Shown one piece after another: positions 20,264-31,081 of a DNA stretch of 64,000 nt (position 1 is the first letter of the stretch; the number at the start of each line of letters is the position of its first letter). A program made the translations under genes and the position numbers. The DNA is from Bacteroidota bacterium (GTDB lineage Bacteria; Bacteroidota; Bacteroidia; Chitinophagales; Chitinophagaceae). The stretch is from positions 167,128 to 231,127 of the forward strand of contig VGGR01000003.1 of the NCBI GenBank assembly GCA_016868585.1. The letters are read 5' to 3'. The notes beneath the pieces are model-generated. The model did no database searches and had not been told where the DNA came from. It saw nothing but the letters and a program-made list of their open reading frames with translations.

Positions 20264-21028
20264 CTAGCCGGATTTGATCCTCCATTCCAATTGACCATAT
20301 TGTATGGGCTTTTCAATGCTGTCAAGTAATAATTCGCCATTAGCGTTAACACCAAGTGGAATGGCTTCAAAGCTGGTGCCTGCTCTTGAAAAACTACAAA
20401 GTTCACCTCGGCAGTAAAGAAGCTGTTGGTATTGCTCTAAAATTTTTTCTTGATTCCAGGTCGTTGCTTTTTGCAAATAATCCGACAGCGATGTGCACAA
20501 ACTTTTTGCAGTTGTTGCCGGTTCTGATTTTTTCCCAATAAGTTGAAACAGAGAGACAGGATTTGGTAAGTCACTGGAAAATTGCTCTTGATTGAGATTA
20601 ATCCCAATGCCAGTAATGGCCCAGCTCCATTCTCCGCCACTGGTTACGATATTCTCAATCAGAATACCCCCGATTTTCTGATTATTCCAGTATAGATCAT
20701 TAGGCCATTTAATACGGAATCGATCGGTAGTTGCATGCGATGCCAACCAGGCCCGGGTTCCAAGGGCAATCAGTGCACTGAGCAGAAATTGTTGCTGAAT
20801 CGTTAAAAAAACAGGTTTAATAAGTAGGCTTAATGCAATTCCCTGGTTTTTCTCTCCCTGCCAATTTTTTCCGCGTTGGCCCTTTCCTCTTTGCTGATCC
20901 GCAGTGAAAATAGCCAGTCCGGGAGTTGCTTTTCCTGATAAAATATATCGACGAGCCTCCTCATTGGTGCTGTCCACCGAAGGAAGGTTTACAAAAGGGG
21001 TACCTAAGGGGTATGGAAGAGGTGGCAA
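20264..21028 (-). CDS. birA: Biotin--[acetyl-CoA-carboxylase] ligase (no N-terminal HTH)
   Basis: VDSTNEEA, QQRGKGQRGKNW, IKWPNDL, KIGGILIE, GIGINLNQ. Confidence 0.95.
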   Translation of the reverse strand: MPPLPYPLGTPFVNLPSVDSTNEEARRYILSGKATPGLAIFTADQQRGKGQRGKNWQGEKNQGIALSLLIKPVFLTIQQQFLLSALIALGTRAWLASHATTDRFRIKWPNDLYWNNQKIGGILIENIVTSGGEWSWAITGIGINLNQEQFSSDLPNPVSLFQLIGKKSEPATTAKSLCTSLSDYLQKATTWNQEKILEQYQQLLYCRGELCSFSRAGTSFEAIPLGVNANGELLLDSIEKPIQYGQLEWRIKSG

Positions 21029-21084
21029 TTAATTATGTATTTTTGCAAGGTTAAAGGAAATACGAAACTAAAGCAATCGAATAG

Positions 21085-21516
21085 TTGGAACAACTGGCAT
21101 TACTAGCCGGGGGAAGGACAAAGGGATCCTCTGCTGGGAAAAAAGGGGTCAAACGTCTCACCAAGAGCTCCAAGATCATCAAAACTGTCATTGTTGCCAT
21201 GGAAGCTAAAAAGGGCGAGAAAATTGTTTTGTTAGACCTACGGAAGATCAACGAGGCAGTCGCTGACTTTTTTATTATTTGCGAGGCCGGCAATCAACCC
21301 CAGATCAGAGCCATTTCGGACTATGTAATGGATGAAGTGCGGGATCGATGCGCTGAAAAGCCCTATCGGCAAGAGGGGCAAAGGCAAATGCAATGGGTGT
21401 TGATTGACTACGTGGATGTAGTGGTGCATGTGATTACTCCGGAATTCCGTCGTTTTTACAAACTGGAGGAGATGTGGAGTGATGCGGATTGCACAGAGAT
21501 TGGCGTCTCAAAATGA
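21085..21516 (+). CDS. rsfS: Ribosome silencing factor RsfS
   Basis: [44 protein letters not shown] start; TATTTTTG -7 element at 21038-21045. Confidence 0.95.
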   Translation: MEQLALLAGGRTKGSSAGKKGVKRLTKSSKIIKTVIVAMEAKKGEKIVLLDLRKINEAVADFFIICEAGNQPQIRAISDYVMDEVRDRCAEKPYRQEGQRQMQWVLIDYVDVVVHVITPEFRRFYKLEEMWSDADCTEIGVSK

Positions 21517-21571
21517 TAAAGGATTAAACATATTCGCGTTTCAGCATTATAGCTATAGAAGAATAAAGTTT

Positions 21572-23647
21572 ATGGTACCAAACAAAGAAAGTAGAAAAAC
21601 AGGAAATTTTCCTCCGGGAGCTTCCAATCGGAAGGGCCCTCAATTCAATATTTATTGGCTTTATGCTATTATTCTGGTCTTTTTGGTTGGATCTTCCTTA
21701 TTTGGTCCCTGGACTCCAAATATGGCCAAGATTAATGAGCTTGAGTTCAAGAACATGGTTGCACAAGGTCAGGTCGATCACTACACCATCATTGATAACA
21801 GAAAGTTGGTAAAAGTTTATCTCAATGCCGCTGGTCAAAAAGCACATACCAAAATAATTAATGAAGCAGCTGGCAAGGTAGTACCCAAAGGTCCTCACAT
21901 GTCATTTAAGGTTACGGGTGCCGATGGATTTAAAAAATCCATGGATGATTTTTACAGAGAAAAAAGAGATAACGCTGCCCGTGATCAGGTGCCCTATACG
22001 GCAACAGAAGTGCCCTACGAAGTAGAAAGTGAAAGAGATTGGTTCGGAGGCGCTATTCAATTGATCCTTCCCATTTTATTATTTGTGGCCATTTGGGTGC
22101 TGATGATGCGCAAGATGGGTGGTGGCGCAGGTGGGGGACCTGGCGGAGGAGGTATTTTTAGTATTGGTAAATCCAAGGCCACTTTGTTTGATAAAGGAAC
22201 AACAGTGAACATCACCTTTGCCGACGTGGCTGGTTTAGATGAAGCCAAGGTTGAGGTCATGGAAATTGTAGACTTTCTAAAGAATCCTAAGAAGTATACC
22301 AACTTGGGAGGTAAAATTCCAAAGGGTGCCTTGTTAGTTGGCCCTCCCGGTACCGGCAAAACATTATTGGCTAAAGCAATGGCAGGCGAAGCACAGGTTC
22401 CCTTCTTTAGTTTGAGTGGCTCGGATTTTGTAGAAATGTTTGTGGGAGTTGGTGCCAGTCGTGTACGAGATCTTTTCAAACAGGCCCGTGAAAAAGCCCC
22501 CTGTATCATTTTCATAGATGAAATTGATGCCATTGGTCGTACACGCGGCAAGAATGCAATGATGAGTAATGACGAACGGGAGAGTACGCTCAATCAAATG
22601 TTGGTGGAGATGGATGGCTTTGGTACGGATGCCGGCATTATTGTCTTGGCTGCCACTAACCGTCCGGATGTATTGGATAGTGCGTTATTGCGCCCGGGTC
22701 GTTTTGATCGGCAGATATCTATTGATAAACCAGACCTGAAAGGAAGGGAGGATATTTTTAAAGTGCACCTCAAGGCAATAAAAATTTCCAGATCACTGGA
22801 CATCCATAAGCTGGCAGAACAAACACCTGGATTTGCGGGTGCGGATATTGCCAATGTGTGCAATGAAGCCGCGTTGATTGCAGCACGTAACAATAAAGAA
22901 GCCGTAGACATGCAGGATTTTCAAGATGCAGTGGATCGTGTGATTGGTGGGTTAGAAAAAAAGAGTAAGATCATTTCTCCAGAAGAGAAAAAGATCATCG
23001 CCTATCACGAAGCAGGTCATGCCATTTGTGGATGGTTCCTGGAGCATGCTTACCCGCTTTTGAAAGTGACCATTGTTCCTCGTGGTACCGCTGCATTAGG
23101 TTATGCGCAGTATACACCCAAAGAGCAATATCTCTACAATACCGATCAACTCAATGATCAGATCTGTATGACACTGGGCGGCAGGGCCAGTGAGGATATT
23201 TTCTTTGGAAAGATCTCTACTGGAGCACAAAATGATCTGCAGCAAATTACCCGTACGGCTTATGCAATGGTAACGGTATATGGGATGAACGAAAAGGTCG
23301 GTAACGTAAGCTTCTACGATCCGCAGCAAGAGAATGCATTTACAAAACCCTATTCTGACGATACGGCTAAGTTGATTGATTACGAAGTGCGTCATTTAAT
23401 TGATTCCGCTTACGAACGCACAAAAAAATTGTTGATGGGTAAGAAAGAAGAAGTAGAGAAACTGGCTAATGCACTCTTGGAAAAAGAGGTATTGTTTCAA
23501 AGTGATGTGGAGGACTTGATTGGCAAGCGTCTATTTGGAGCAAAAAAGATTATTGCTACAGAAGAAACAACTACTGCTGCTGAATCCATTCCAACAACAA
23601 CATCATCAACCAGGCAAGAGAACAGCACTACTGAAAGCAAAGCTTGA
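21572..23647 (+). CDS. ftsH: ATP-dependent zinc metalloprotease FtsH
   Basis: Two TM segments, [28 protein letters not shown] 21572 preferred over 21479. Confidence 0.98.
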   Translation: MVPNKESRKTGNFPPGASNRKGPQFNIYWLYAIILVFLVGSSLFGPWTPNMAKINELEFKNMVAQGQVDHYTIIDNRKLVKVYLNAAGQKAHTKIINEAAGKVVPKGPHMSFKVTGADGFKKSMDDFYREKRDNAARDQVPYTATEVPYEVESERDWFGGAIQLILPILLFVAIWVLMMRKMGGGAGGGPGGGGIFSIGKSKATLFDKGTTVNITFADVAGLDEAKVEVMEIVDFLKNPKKYTNLGGKIPKGALLVGPPGTGKTLLAKAMAGEAQVPFFSLSGSDFVEMFVGVGASRVRDLFKQAREKAPCIIFIDEIDAIGRTRGKNAMMSNDERESTLNQMLVEMDGFGTDAGIIVLAATNRPDVLDSALLRPGRFDRQISIDKPDLKGREDIFKVHLKAIKISRSLDIHKLAEQTPGFAGADIANVCNEAALIAARNNKEAVDMQDFQDAVDRVIGGLEKKSKIISPEEKKIIAYHEAGHAICGWFLEHAYPLLKVTIVPRGTAALGYAQYTPKEQYLYNTDQLNDQICMTLGGRASEDIFFGKISTGAQNDLQQITRTAYAMVTVYGMNEKVGNVSFYDPQQENAFTKPYSDDTAKLIDYEVRHLIDSAYERTKKLLMGKKEEVEKLANALLEKEVLFQSDVEDLIGKRLFGAKKIIATEETTTAAESIPTTTSSTRQENSTTESKA

Positions 23648-23649
23648 TC

Positions 23650-24285
23650 ATGAATATCTTACCTGCCAAGGAAAATATTCTTAAACGAATCCGGAAAGCA
23701 CTGGCACACGAGACCCCTATGCCATTTCCAAACAGTGAAAAGGATGGGGTTGTTTTTCCAGGACCCACCCAGGAGTTGGAAATAGAATTTGCTGAGCAGT
23801 TCATTCAATTACAAGGAAAATTTATTTACTGCATCAATCGTCAAGAATTGGCCTTTCAATTTGGAAGCTTGGTCAGAAAACAAGATTGGGTTCCTATATT
23901 TTGTGCCGATCAAAAACTAATTCAGTTAGTGGGAGAGCCGCTGGAAGAGCGGTTGACACAAACAGACTTGGCAGGATGTAATGTAGCGGTTACTGGTTGT
24001 GAATTTTTGGTGGCCAGAACAGGTTCCATTTTATTGAGTAGTGCACAAATACAAGGAAGAACGGCAAGTGTATATGCTCCCATACATATCTGTATTGCAT
24101 TTGTTGATCAACTTGTATATGATATCAAGGATGCATTCCAGGGGATCCGTGAAAAATACGGCCCGCATTTTCCTTCCTTACTTTCCTTGGCCACAGGGCC
24201 TAGCCGGACTGCAGATATCGAAAAAACGCTGGTGGTTGGGGTTCATGGACCAAAAGAAGTTTATCTGTTTTTGGTAGAGGCTTGA
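23650..24285 (+). CDS. lutC: LutC/YkgG (LUD domain) protein
   Basis: CEFLVARTGS, TGPSRTADIEKTLVVGVHGPKE. Confidence 0.88.
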   Translation: MNILPAKENILKRIRKALAHETPMPFPNSEKDGVVFPGPTQELEIEFAEQFIQLQGKFIYCINRQELAFQFGSLVRKQDWVPIFCADQKLIQLVGEPLEERLTQTDLAGCNVAVTGCEFLVARTGSILLSSAQIQGRTASVYAPIHICIAFVDQLVYDIKDAFQGIREKYGPHFPSLLSLATGPSRTADIEKTLVVGVHGPKEVYLFLVEA

Positions 24286-24322
24286 GATTCAAAAAAGTTT
24301 TCAATTTTCATGTAATTAAATA

Positions 24323-25126
24323 TTGACTGTGGCACCTGCACTAAAAATTTATTTTCTTTCTGATTTTCATCTTGGCGCTCCGGATCCACCATGTAGTCTT
24401 GAACGAGAAAAGACAATTTGTAAATTTTTAGACGAGGCAAGACAGGATGCTACGGAGATCTTTTTGGTGGGGGACCTTTTTGATTTTTGGTTTGAGTATA
24501 AAAAAGTGGTCCCAAAAGGGTACACCCGTTTATTGGGTAAATTGGCCGAATTAAGCGACCAAGGGATAGTGTTGCATTTTTTTGTGGGAAACCATGATAT
24601 GTGGGTACGGGATTATTTTTCGAAGGAATTGAATTTGAAAATTTATTTTGAGCCCACCACCATTGTTCGAAATGGCTTACGAATTCATTTGGGACATGGA
24701 GACGGATTAGGGCCAGGTGACAAGGGGTACAAAAGACTCAAACTAATTTTTAGAAACTCATTGTGTCAATGGTTGTTTGGGATGCTTCCGCCTCAAGTAG
24801 GGCTGGGACTCGCTTCCTATTTTAGCCAAAAGAGTAGGGCACAAATAGCTGACCGCGAAGAACACTTTCTGGGTCCGGATAGGGAATGGTTGCTTCAATA
24901 CTGTAGGGGGTACTTAAAAACCCAACCCGTTGATTATTTTATTTTCGGGCACCGACACCTCCCTATTGATTGGCCAATTAGTGAAGCCGCACTTTCAAGG
25001 GAGGCTCGTTATATTAATCTCGGAGACTGGATACGTTATAACACCTATGCAGTACTTGAGGGAACATCGGTTTCCTTAAAGGATTATCGGAAAACTGAGT
25101 CATCTATTATAAGACCCGATCGCTGA
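24323..25126 (+). CDS. lpxH: UDP-2,3-diacylglucosamine diphosphatase (LpxH-like metallophosphoesterase)
   Basis: SDFHLG, GDLFDFW, GNHD, HGDG, FGHRH, NLGDW. Confidence 0.88.
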   Translation: MTVAPALKIYFLSDFHLGAPDPPCSLEREKTICKFLDEARQDATEIFLVGDLFDFWFEYKKVVPKGYTRLLGKLAELSDQGIVLHFFVGNHDMWVRDYFSKELNLKIYFEPTTIVRNGLRIHLGHGDGLGPGDKGYKRLKLIFRNSLCQWLFGMLPPQVGLGLASYFSQKSRAQIADREEHFLGPDREWLLQYCRGYLKTQPVDYFIFGHRHLPIDWPISEAALSREARYINLGDWIRYNTYAVLEGTSVSLKDYRKTESSIIRPDR

Positions 25127-25172
25127 TTACTTCACCGGTATTATTTGGTATATTTAATTAGCAGTTATTGTT

Positions 25173-26231
25173 ATGAACAGTATTTGGCAGCAACAATATG
25201 GCAACAATGGAATTGCAGACTACCTGCTTGTGTGCTTAACAGTCTCTTTTGTGTGGATCTTGCGACACTCTATTTCCAACTATTTTGCAGGCCTGTTATT
25301 CAGGTGGCTGCGTCACCTGTTAAAAAAAGTAGAGCGTCCTTTATTCAACGAACTGGTAATTGGACCACTGGAAAAATTTGTGTTGGTGCTGGTTACGGTG
25401 GTGATGCTTTATCGGTTGAATTTTCCCCCTGCACTAAATTTTCCGGTCTACAAGTTTGATACTAAAGAGTTGTTAAACAGCTTGGGTACCCTCTTGCTGA
25501 TCTCAACCTTTACTTCATTGATAATTCGCGCCATCGACTTTGCCGCTATCTTATTGGAGCAACGTGCCGGACAAACTCCTGATCATTCCGATAATCAATT
25601 GATTGTATTTTTCAAGGATTTTTTCAAGGTCTTACTCATTACTGTATCCGGGTTAGTTGTCCTTCGCTTTGCATTTGGCTTGAACATTGGTAGCTTATTG
25701 ACAGGATTGAGCATCTTGGGTGCGGCTATTGCGTTAGCACTTAAAGAAAGCTTGGAAAATTTAATTGCTTCCTTTATTATTTTCTTCGATAAACCCTTTA
25801 CTACCGGCGATCTGGTAAAAGTGAATGCTATAACCGGCACGGTAGAAAAAATCGGATTGCGTAGTACGCGTATTCGCACGGAACAAAAAACATTTGTAAT
25901 AGTACCCAATAAGCAAATGGTGGATAGTGTGCTCGATAATTTTTCATTACGCACACAACGTCGGGCTGAATTAAAATTAGAATTTGCCAGTTCCAACACG
26001 CCCTATGTGATCCAGGAATTTGTAGAAAGAGCACGCATCATTTTGCAACGTGAAGCGGTGAAACAAAGCAGTGTGTTACTGAGTGATCTTCGTTTAAATC
26101 GGATTGTGGTGGAAATGGAGTATTACACAGCTGCTCTGCCTATGGCTGAATTCAATGTAATTAGAGAAGCGGTGAATCTTGAATTATTACATGCGGCGCA
26201 CACCCTGGGTTTAGTGTGGCCCACCGAATGA
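25173..26231 (+). CDS. MscS family mechanosensitive ion channel
   Basis: GLSILGAAIALALKESLENL, DKPFTTGD, GTVEKIGLRSTRIRT, VPNKQM. Confidence 0.93.
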   Translation: MNSIWQQQYGNNGIADYLLVCLTVSFVWILRHSISNYFAGLLFRWLRHLLKKVERPLFNELVIGPLEKFVLVLVTVVMLYRLNFPPALNFPVYKFDTKELLNSLGTLLLISTFTSLIIRAIDFAAILLEQRAGQTPDHSDNQLIVFFKDFFKVLLITVSGLVVLRFAFGLNIGSLLTGLSILGAAIALALKESLENLIASFIIFFDKPFTTGDLVKVNAITGTVEKIGLRSTRIRTEQKTFVIVPNKQMVDSVLDNFSLRTQRRAELKLEFASSNTPYVIQEFVERARIILQREAVKQSSVLLSDLRLNRIVVEMEYYTAALPMAEFNVIREAVNLELLHAAHTLGLVWPTE

Positions 26232-26738
26232 TTGTTGAATAATCTCGCCCAGTTCCCGATCAAACTGTCCGAATTTCCCATATTCAATTACGCGTCCAAT
26301 TTCTTTTCCGTTTCTAAACACCAACAAAGTAGGAACAAGTGCAATGCCCAATGTTTTGGCCAGGTTTCCCCAGGTTTCTTTTTTTCGATTTACGCCAAAT
26401 AATACTAAACGGCTGGAGTCTATGCCAGCCTGTTCGGTCAAAGCAAAAAAGCGTGGGATAATAAACTGTGAATCTTCACACCAGGTTCCCATAAAGGCAA
26501 GTAATTGAATGGAGTCCCGATAATTTTTTAAGGTGGCAAGCCCCTGGGCATGGGGCTGATAAGCTTTGTGATTTTCAGCGTACCAGGAAAAACTAGTGTC
26601 ACTGCTCAGCACCTTTTTGGATAAGAGGCCTACCAGTGATTTTTCGTTCGGGCGCTCTACCAATACCTCAAAGCGATTTTGCGCCTGACCTGTGCAAAAG
26701 AAAAACACAGCGGAGAGCAAGAAAACATTTTTTTTCAT
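26211..26738 (-). CDS. Thioredoxin-family protein, exported (WCxDS variant)
   Basis: Signal peptide, MGTWCEDS, VPT cis-Pro motif, EIGRVIE. Confidence 0.85.
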   Translation of the reverse strand: MKKNVFLLSAVFFFCTGQAQNRFEVLVERPNEKSLVGLLSKKVLSSDTSFSWYAENHKAYQPHAQGLATLKNYRDSIQLLAFMGTWCEDSQFIIPRFFALTEQAGIDSSRLVLFGVNRKKETWGNLAKTLGIALVPTLLVFRNGKEIGRVIEYGKFGQFDRELGEIIQQSFGGPH

Positions 26739-26743
26739 GGGGG

Positions 26744-27337
26744 CTATAAATTGGAGCGTAATTCTACCAGGAAGGCACGCAATTGTTGTAAGGATTGGAT
26801 CAAGGCAAATTTTTCCTCGACCTTTTTATTTTTTTTCAAAAAATCACGAGCTCCATCAATGGTAAATTTCCTGCGCCGTAACAAATCATAGATCAACACC
26901 AGATTTTTTACATCTATGGGACGGAAATATCGATCCCCTTTTTTATTCTTCCGTGGCTTCAGGATATCAAACTCGGACTCCCAATAACGAATCAACGACT
27001 GATTCTCCTGAAACATCTTTGCCACTTCGCCTATGGTGTAGTATTGTTTCTTGAAAAGTTCCTCATCCGCGGGCACTTGTAGCTGATCAATCCGGCAAGC
27101 CATTTCGCGCATGGATTTTCTTCCTCTTTTTCCAACAGTACTCACTTCCTTTTTTCGAATAGCTCTGATACCAACGCCGCTTTCCAAGATTGATTCAACT
27201 TGAGTGTGGGATGTCGCATTGACGGGGATTAATCCCTCAATGGTTGTTGCAGGATTATTGCTAGCCGAAGTTTCTTCCCGCGCTGCGGAAAGATCCTCAA
27301 AATCAATACTGATTTGTGTCAACGGCTTCTTTTTCAT
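26744..27337 (-). CDS. MerR-family HTH protein with N-terminal extension
   Basis: YYTIGEVAKMF...SLIRYWESEF...KPRKNKKGDRYF. ATG 27337 preferred. Confidence 0.88.
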   Translation of the reverse strand: MKKKPLTQISIDFEDLSAAREETSASNNPATTIEGLIPVNATSHTQVESILESGVGIRAIRKKEVSTVGKRGRKSMREMACRIDQLQVPADEELFKKQYYTIGEVAKMFQENQSLIRYWESEFDILKPRKNKKGDRYFRPIDVKNLVLIYDLLRRRKFTIDGARDFLKKNKKVEEKFALIQSLQQLRAFLVELRSNL

Positions 27338-27406
27338 AGACTCTTGTAAAGATAACAAAGCCAAGGACTTTTGTGAATTAAAACGCAACCTGTGGAAAAA
27401 ACGTGT

Positions 27407-28378
27407 TTAATCCATGCTTTGGTTAGAAGCCGCCGCCTGTTTTAGGATGCGGTCAAATTGTGCAGGGGTAAGGTCGTTATAAAAAAAGTAGATAGGATCT
27501 ATAGGGGATCCATTTTTTATAACCTCGTAATGGCAATGCGGTCCGGTTGATTTTCCGGTGCTGCCCACCCAGCCAATTACTTCCCCTCGCTTAACAGTTT
27601 GACCTATCCGCGCTTTGATACGGACCATATGACCATACAAGGTTTTATAACCATAACCGTGAGCAATGATCACATGTCTGCCATATCCATCTCCAAGATT
27701 TCCGGCTACTTCCACTTTTCCGTTAGCCGTTGCATAAATAGGCGTGCCTTGAGGAGCTGTAAAATCTAACCCGGGATGCAAACGGGGAGTTTTATAAATT
27801 GGATCGATACGATAACCGAATCCGGAAGCAATTCGTTTTAAATTCTTATTGCTCACCGGTTGAATGGCGGGTGTATGTGCCAGGAGTCGCTCCTTATCTT
27901 TCACCAACTGATCCACTTCTTCATAGGACTTTTCTTGAGAACGGATCCGCTGAACCAGATTATCCAATGTAGCAGCTACCGAGCTTGTTAATTGTTTACT
28001 ACTGATCTTTTCAATTTTTGCAATCTCCAACTCCGTTTCAATTTTTTTAGCCCTTACGCTATCGGGGATGGGGGTGGCTTCAAAAATGGCGCGGTAAATA
28101 TCATTATCTCTGGTCTCTAATTCCTTCATCTGTTGATCCAGGATATTTGCTTTTTCTACAAGCTGGTAATAATCCTCCCGCATTTCTTTATTTTGGAGTT
28201 CCAGCATTTTTTCACGGGGCGAACCCACAAATCGAAAAGCAAAATAGGCAATCAGTGATGCGGTAACCAATGAAGCTGCCACAAAACCAAATACACGCAA
28301 CAGTTTTACCTGTATCGGGGTCATCGCTTTTTCATAGCGAAGAGTATGGGTGTTATAGTAGTATTTGACCTTTTTCAT
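27407..28378 (-). CDS. M23 family metallopeptidase with coiled-coil
   Basis: MKKVKYYYN N-terminus, HPGLDF, YGHM, STGPHCHYEV. ATG 28378 preferred. Confidence 0.92.
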   Translation of the reverse strand: MKKVKYYYNTHTLRYEKAMTPIQVKLLRVFGFVAASLVTASLIAYFAFRFVGSPREKMLELQNKEMREDYYQLVEKANILDQQMKELETRDNDIYRAIFEATPIPDSVRAKKIETELEIAKIEKISSKQLTSSVAATLDNLVQRIRSQEKSYEEVDQLVKDKERLLAHTPAIQPVSNKNLKRIASGFGYRIDPIYKTPRLHPGLDFTAPQGTPIYATANGKVEVAGNLGDGYGRHVIIAHGYGYKTLYGHMVRIKARIGQTVKRGEVIGWVGSTGKSTGPHCHYEVIKNGSPIDPIYFFYNDLTPAQFDRILKQAAASNQSMD

Positions 28379-28404
28379 GCAGGAGCTAACTTCCTTTATT
28401 GTCT

Positions 28405-28437
28405 TACCTTTGTCCCGTTCGCAGGCAAACAAATATA
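28405..28437. promoter_or_regulatory. Overlapping divergent Bacteroidota -7 elements (alaS and M23 gene)
   Basis: TACCTTTG on + at 28405-28412; TATATTTG on - at 28430-28437. Confidence 0.6.
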
Positions 28438-28449
28438 GTATTTACTCGT

Positions 28450-31062
28450 ATGATGACTTCCGGTGAAATCCGACAGGCTTTTTTTGACTTTTTTCAGGCT
28501 AAAGGACATACCATTGTCCCCTCGGCTCCCATTGTGGTGAAGAATGATCCCACCCTCATGTTTACCAATGCAGGGATGAACCAATTCAAAAACTATTTCC
28601 TGGGAAATAAAAAGGCCCCTTATTCAAGAGCGGCCGACACTCAAAAATGTTTGCGTGTTAGTGGAAAGCATAATGATCTGGAAGAAGTGGGAGTGGACAC
28701 CTATCACCACACTATGTTTGAGATGTTGGGAAACTGGAGTTTTGGTGATTATTTCAAAGCGGAAGCTATTGAATGGAGTTGGCAATTGCTGACTGAAGTT
28801 TACAAAATTCCCAAGGACCGGTTGTATGCTTCTGTTTTCGAAGGAGATGTAAAAGAGGGATTGCCTCCCTCTTTAATTGCCTTAAAAAAATGGAAAGAAA
28901 TTTTACCGGACCAACGAATTGTGTTCGGCAAAAAAAAAGATAATTTCTGGGAAATGGGAGATACGGGTCCCTGTGGTCCTTGCAGTGAAATTCATATGGA
29001 TTGCAGACCGGATGAGGAACGCAAGAAAATTCCCGGAGAGCAATTAGTCAATAAAGATCACCCTCAGGTAATTGAAATCTGGAATAATGTATTTATCCAG
29101 TACAACAGAAAAAAAGATGGATCGCTCGAACCCTTACCCTCTACGCACGTGGATACGGGCATGGGATTGGAAAGATTGGTTCGTGTGATACAAGGGAAGG
29201 ATTCCAATTACGATACGGATATCTTTAGCGGCATCATACAACAAGTGGCCTCCATTACCGGGAAAAAGTACGATGGTTCAGCTACTTGGGAAGCTGTAGC
29301 TTTTCGTGTATTAGCCGATCATATTCGTGCCATCAGTTTTACCATTGCAGATGGACAGCTTCCTTCTAATACCGGAGCAGGTTATGTAATTCGTAGAATT
29401 CTGCGTCGTGCGGTTCGATACTATTATTCCTACCTGGGATACAAGCAACCATTATTGGAACAATTGGTGCCTGTGCTGGCAAATCAATTTGAAAACGTAT
29501 TTCCCGAATTACAGCAACAGGTTGACTTTGTTAAGCGCGTAGTACGCGAAGAAGAAGAAGCTTTTTTACGTACGCTTGAAAGGGGATTACGTCGAATTGA
29601 AGAATTGATCTCAGCAGCTGCAGGTACTATTGCGGGCGCTGCTGCTTTTGAGTTATATGATACCTATGGGTTTCCCATTGACCTCACTCGATTGATCGCA
29701 GGGGAGAAAGGATTGACTGTTGATGAAAAGGGATTTGAGGATCAAATGATCAAACAAAAAGATCGCAGCCGTGCTGCCACTGCAGTGGATGCTGCAGATT
29801 GGGTAGTGGTTAAGGAAGGCGGAAATCAGTTTGTGGGCTACGATAGTTTGGAAACTTTTACGCAGATTCTCAAGTACAGAAAAGTAACGGCAAAGGGAAA
29901 AGAAGCCTATCAATGGATCCTGGAAAAAACGCCATTCTATGCAGAAAGCGGCGGGCAGGTTGGCGATAATGGCTGGTTACATTTTGCTGGAAAGTCTATT
30001 GAGGTGATTGATACAAAAAAGGATAACGATCTGATTGTCCATGTTACTGCTGCTATGCCTTCTGCAGTAACTCCAACCGTTACGGCTAAGGTGAATGCCA
30101 CAAATCGTTTGGAAACCGCCCAACACCATAGCGCTACCCATTTATTACATGCGGCACTCAGACAGGTATTAGGCGTTCATGTTGCACAAAAGGGTTCCAT
30201 GGTGCACGCCGCAAATTTACGATTTGACTTTTCTCATTTTGCCAAAATGAGTGTGACCGAGATTTTGCAAGTGGAAACCATGGTCAATGAAAAAATCAGG
30301 GCCAATATTCCTGTGGTGATTCAGTCTATGCCCAAAGAAGAGGCGCTCAGGCTGGGGGCCATGGCATTGTTTGGGGAGAAGTATGGAGATGTTGTACGCG
30401 TGGTGATCATAGATCCATCCTATTCGGTGGAGCTATGTGGCGGAACCCATGTAGGATCTACCGGACAATTGGGCTATTTTAAAATTACAGGCGAAACTGC
30501 GGTGGCTGCCGGTGTGAGAAGAGTAGAAGCCTGTTGTGGGAAACAAGCAGAAGTTTATCTGCAGGAACAATTACAACTATTGGATGCTGTTAAGCAAGCC
30601 TTCAAGAATCCTAAAGAGTTGTTGCGTGCTATTGAGCAACTCCAATCGGAAAATGCCAAAACAAAAAAGCAATTCGAGTGGCTAGAGATGCGTGAACTAC
30701 GGGAACGCAGTAAATCCCTGGTGCCAGAAATGGAAACAGTAAACGGGATTGCCTTTTTAGGAAAACAAATTGCTGTAGATAATCCAGAGGCATTGAAAAA
30801 GATCTGTACAGCATTAAAATTGCTACATGCAGATCATGTAGCTGTACTAACTGCTCAAATACTAGGAAAATCTTATGTAGCGGTTAGTGTGGCTGAATCC
30901 ATTGTGCAATCCAAAGGACTAGATGCCAGAAAAATTATAAAAGAAAAAGTAGCTCCCCTGATCCAAGGTGGTGGAGGGGGACAAAAAACACTGGCAACGG
31001 CTGGAGGACAGCAAGCCGATCAATTACCTGCAGTGATCAATGCTGTCAAAGCACTGCTTTAA
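28450..31062 (+). CDS. alaS: Alanine--tRNA ligase
   Basis: DPTLMFTNAGMNQFK, HHTMFEMLGNWSFGDYFK, DTGMGLERL, HHSATHLLH, ELCGGTH, GGGGGQ. Confidence 0.99.
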   Translation: MMTSGEIRQAFFDFFQAKGHTIVPSAPIVVKNDPTLMFTNAGMNQFKNYFLGNKKAPYSRAADTQKCLRVSGKHNDLEEVGVDTYHHTMFEMLGNWSFGDYFKAEAIEWSWQLLTEVYKIPKDRLYASVFEGDVKEGLPPSLIALKKWKEILPDQRIVFGKKKDNFWEMGDTGPCGPCSEIHMDCRPDEERKKIPGEQLVNKDHPQVIEIWNNVFIQYNRKKDGSLEPLPSTHVDTGMGLERLVRVIQGKDSNYDTDIFSGIIQQVASITGKKYDGSATWEAVAFRVLADHIRAISFTIADGQLPSNTGAGYVIRRILRRAVRYYYSYLGYKQPLLEQLVPVLANQFENVFPELQQQVDFVKRVVREEEEAFLRTLERGLRRIEELISAAAGTIAGAAAFELYDTYGFPIDLTRLIAGEKGLTVDEKGFEDQMIKQKDRSRAATAVDAADWVVVKEGGNQFVGYDSLETFTQILKYRKVTAKGKEAYQWILEKTPFYAESGGQVGDNGWLHFAGKSIEVIDTKKDNDLIVHVTAAMPSAVTPTVTAKVNATNRLETAQHHSATHLLHAALRQVLGVHVAQKGSMVHAANLRFDFSHFAKMSVTEILQVETMVNEKIRANIPVVIQSMPKEEALRLGAMALFGEKYGDVVRVVIIDPSYSVELCGGTHVGSTGQLGYFKITGETAVAAGVRRVEACCGKQAEVYLQEQLQLLDAVKQAFKNPKELLRAIEQLQSENAKTKKQFEWLEMRELRERSKSLVPEMETVNGIAFLGKQIAVDNPEALKKICTALKLLHADHVAVLTAQILGKSYVAVSVAESIVQSKGLDARKIIKEKVAPLIQGGGGGQKTLATAGGQQADQLPAVINAVKALL

Positions 31063-31081
31063 TTTTACTTATTAATCAACT

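Noticed and set aside
9449-24285. lutB and lutC separated, lutA absent
   Set aside because: Dispersed lut genes are not unusual; lutA may lie outside the window.
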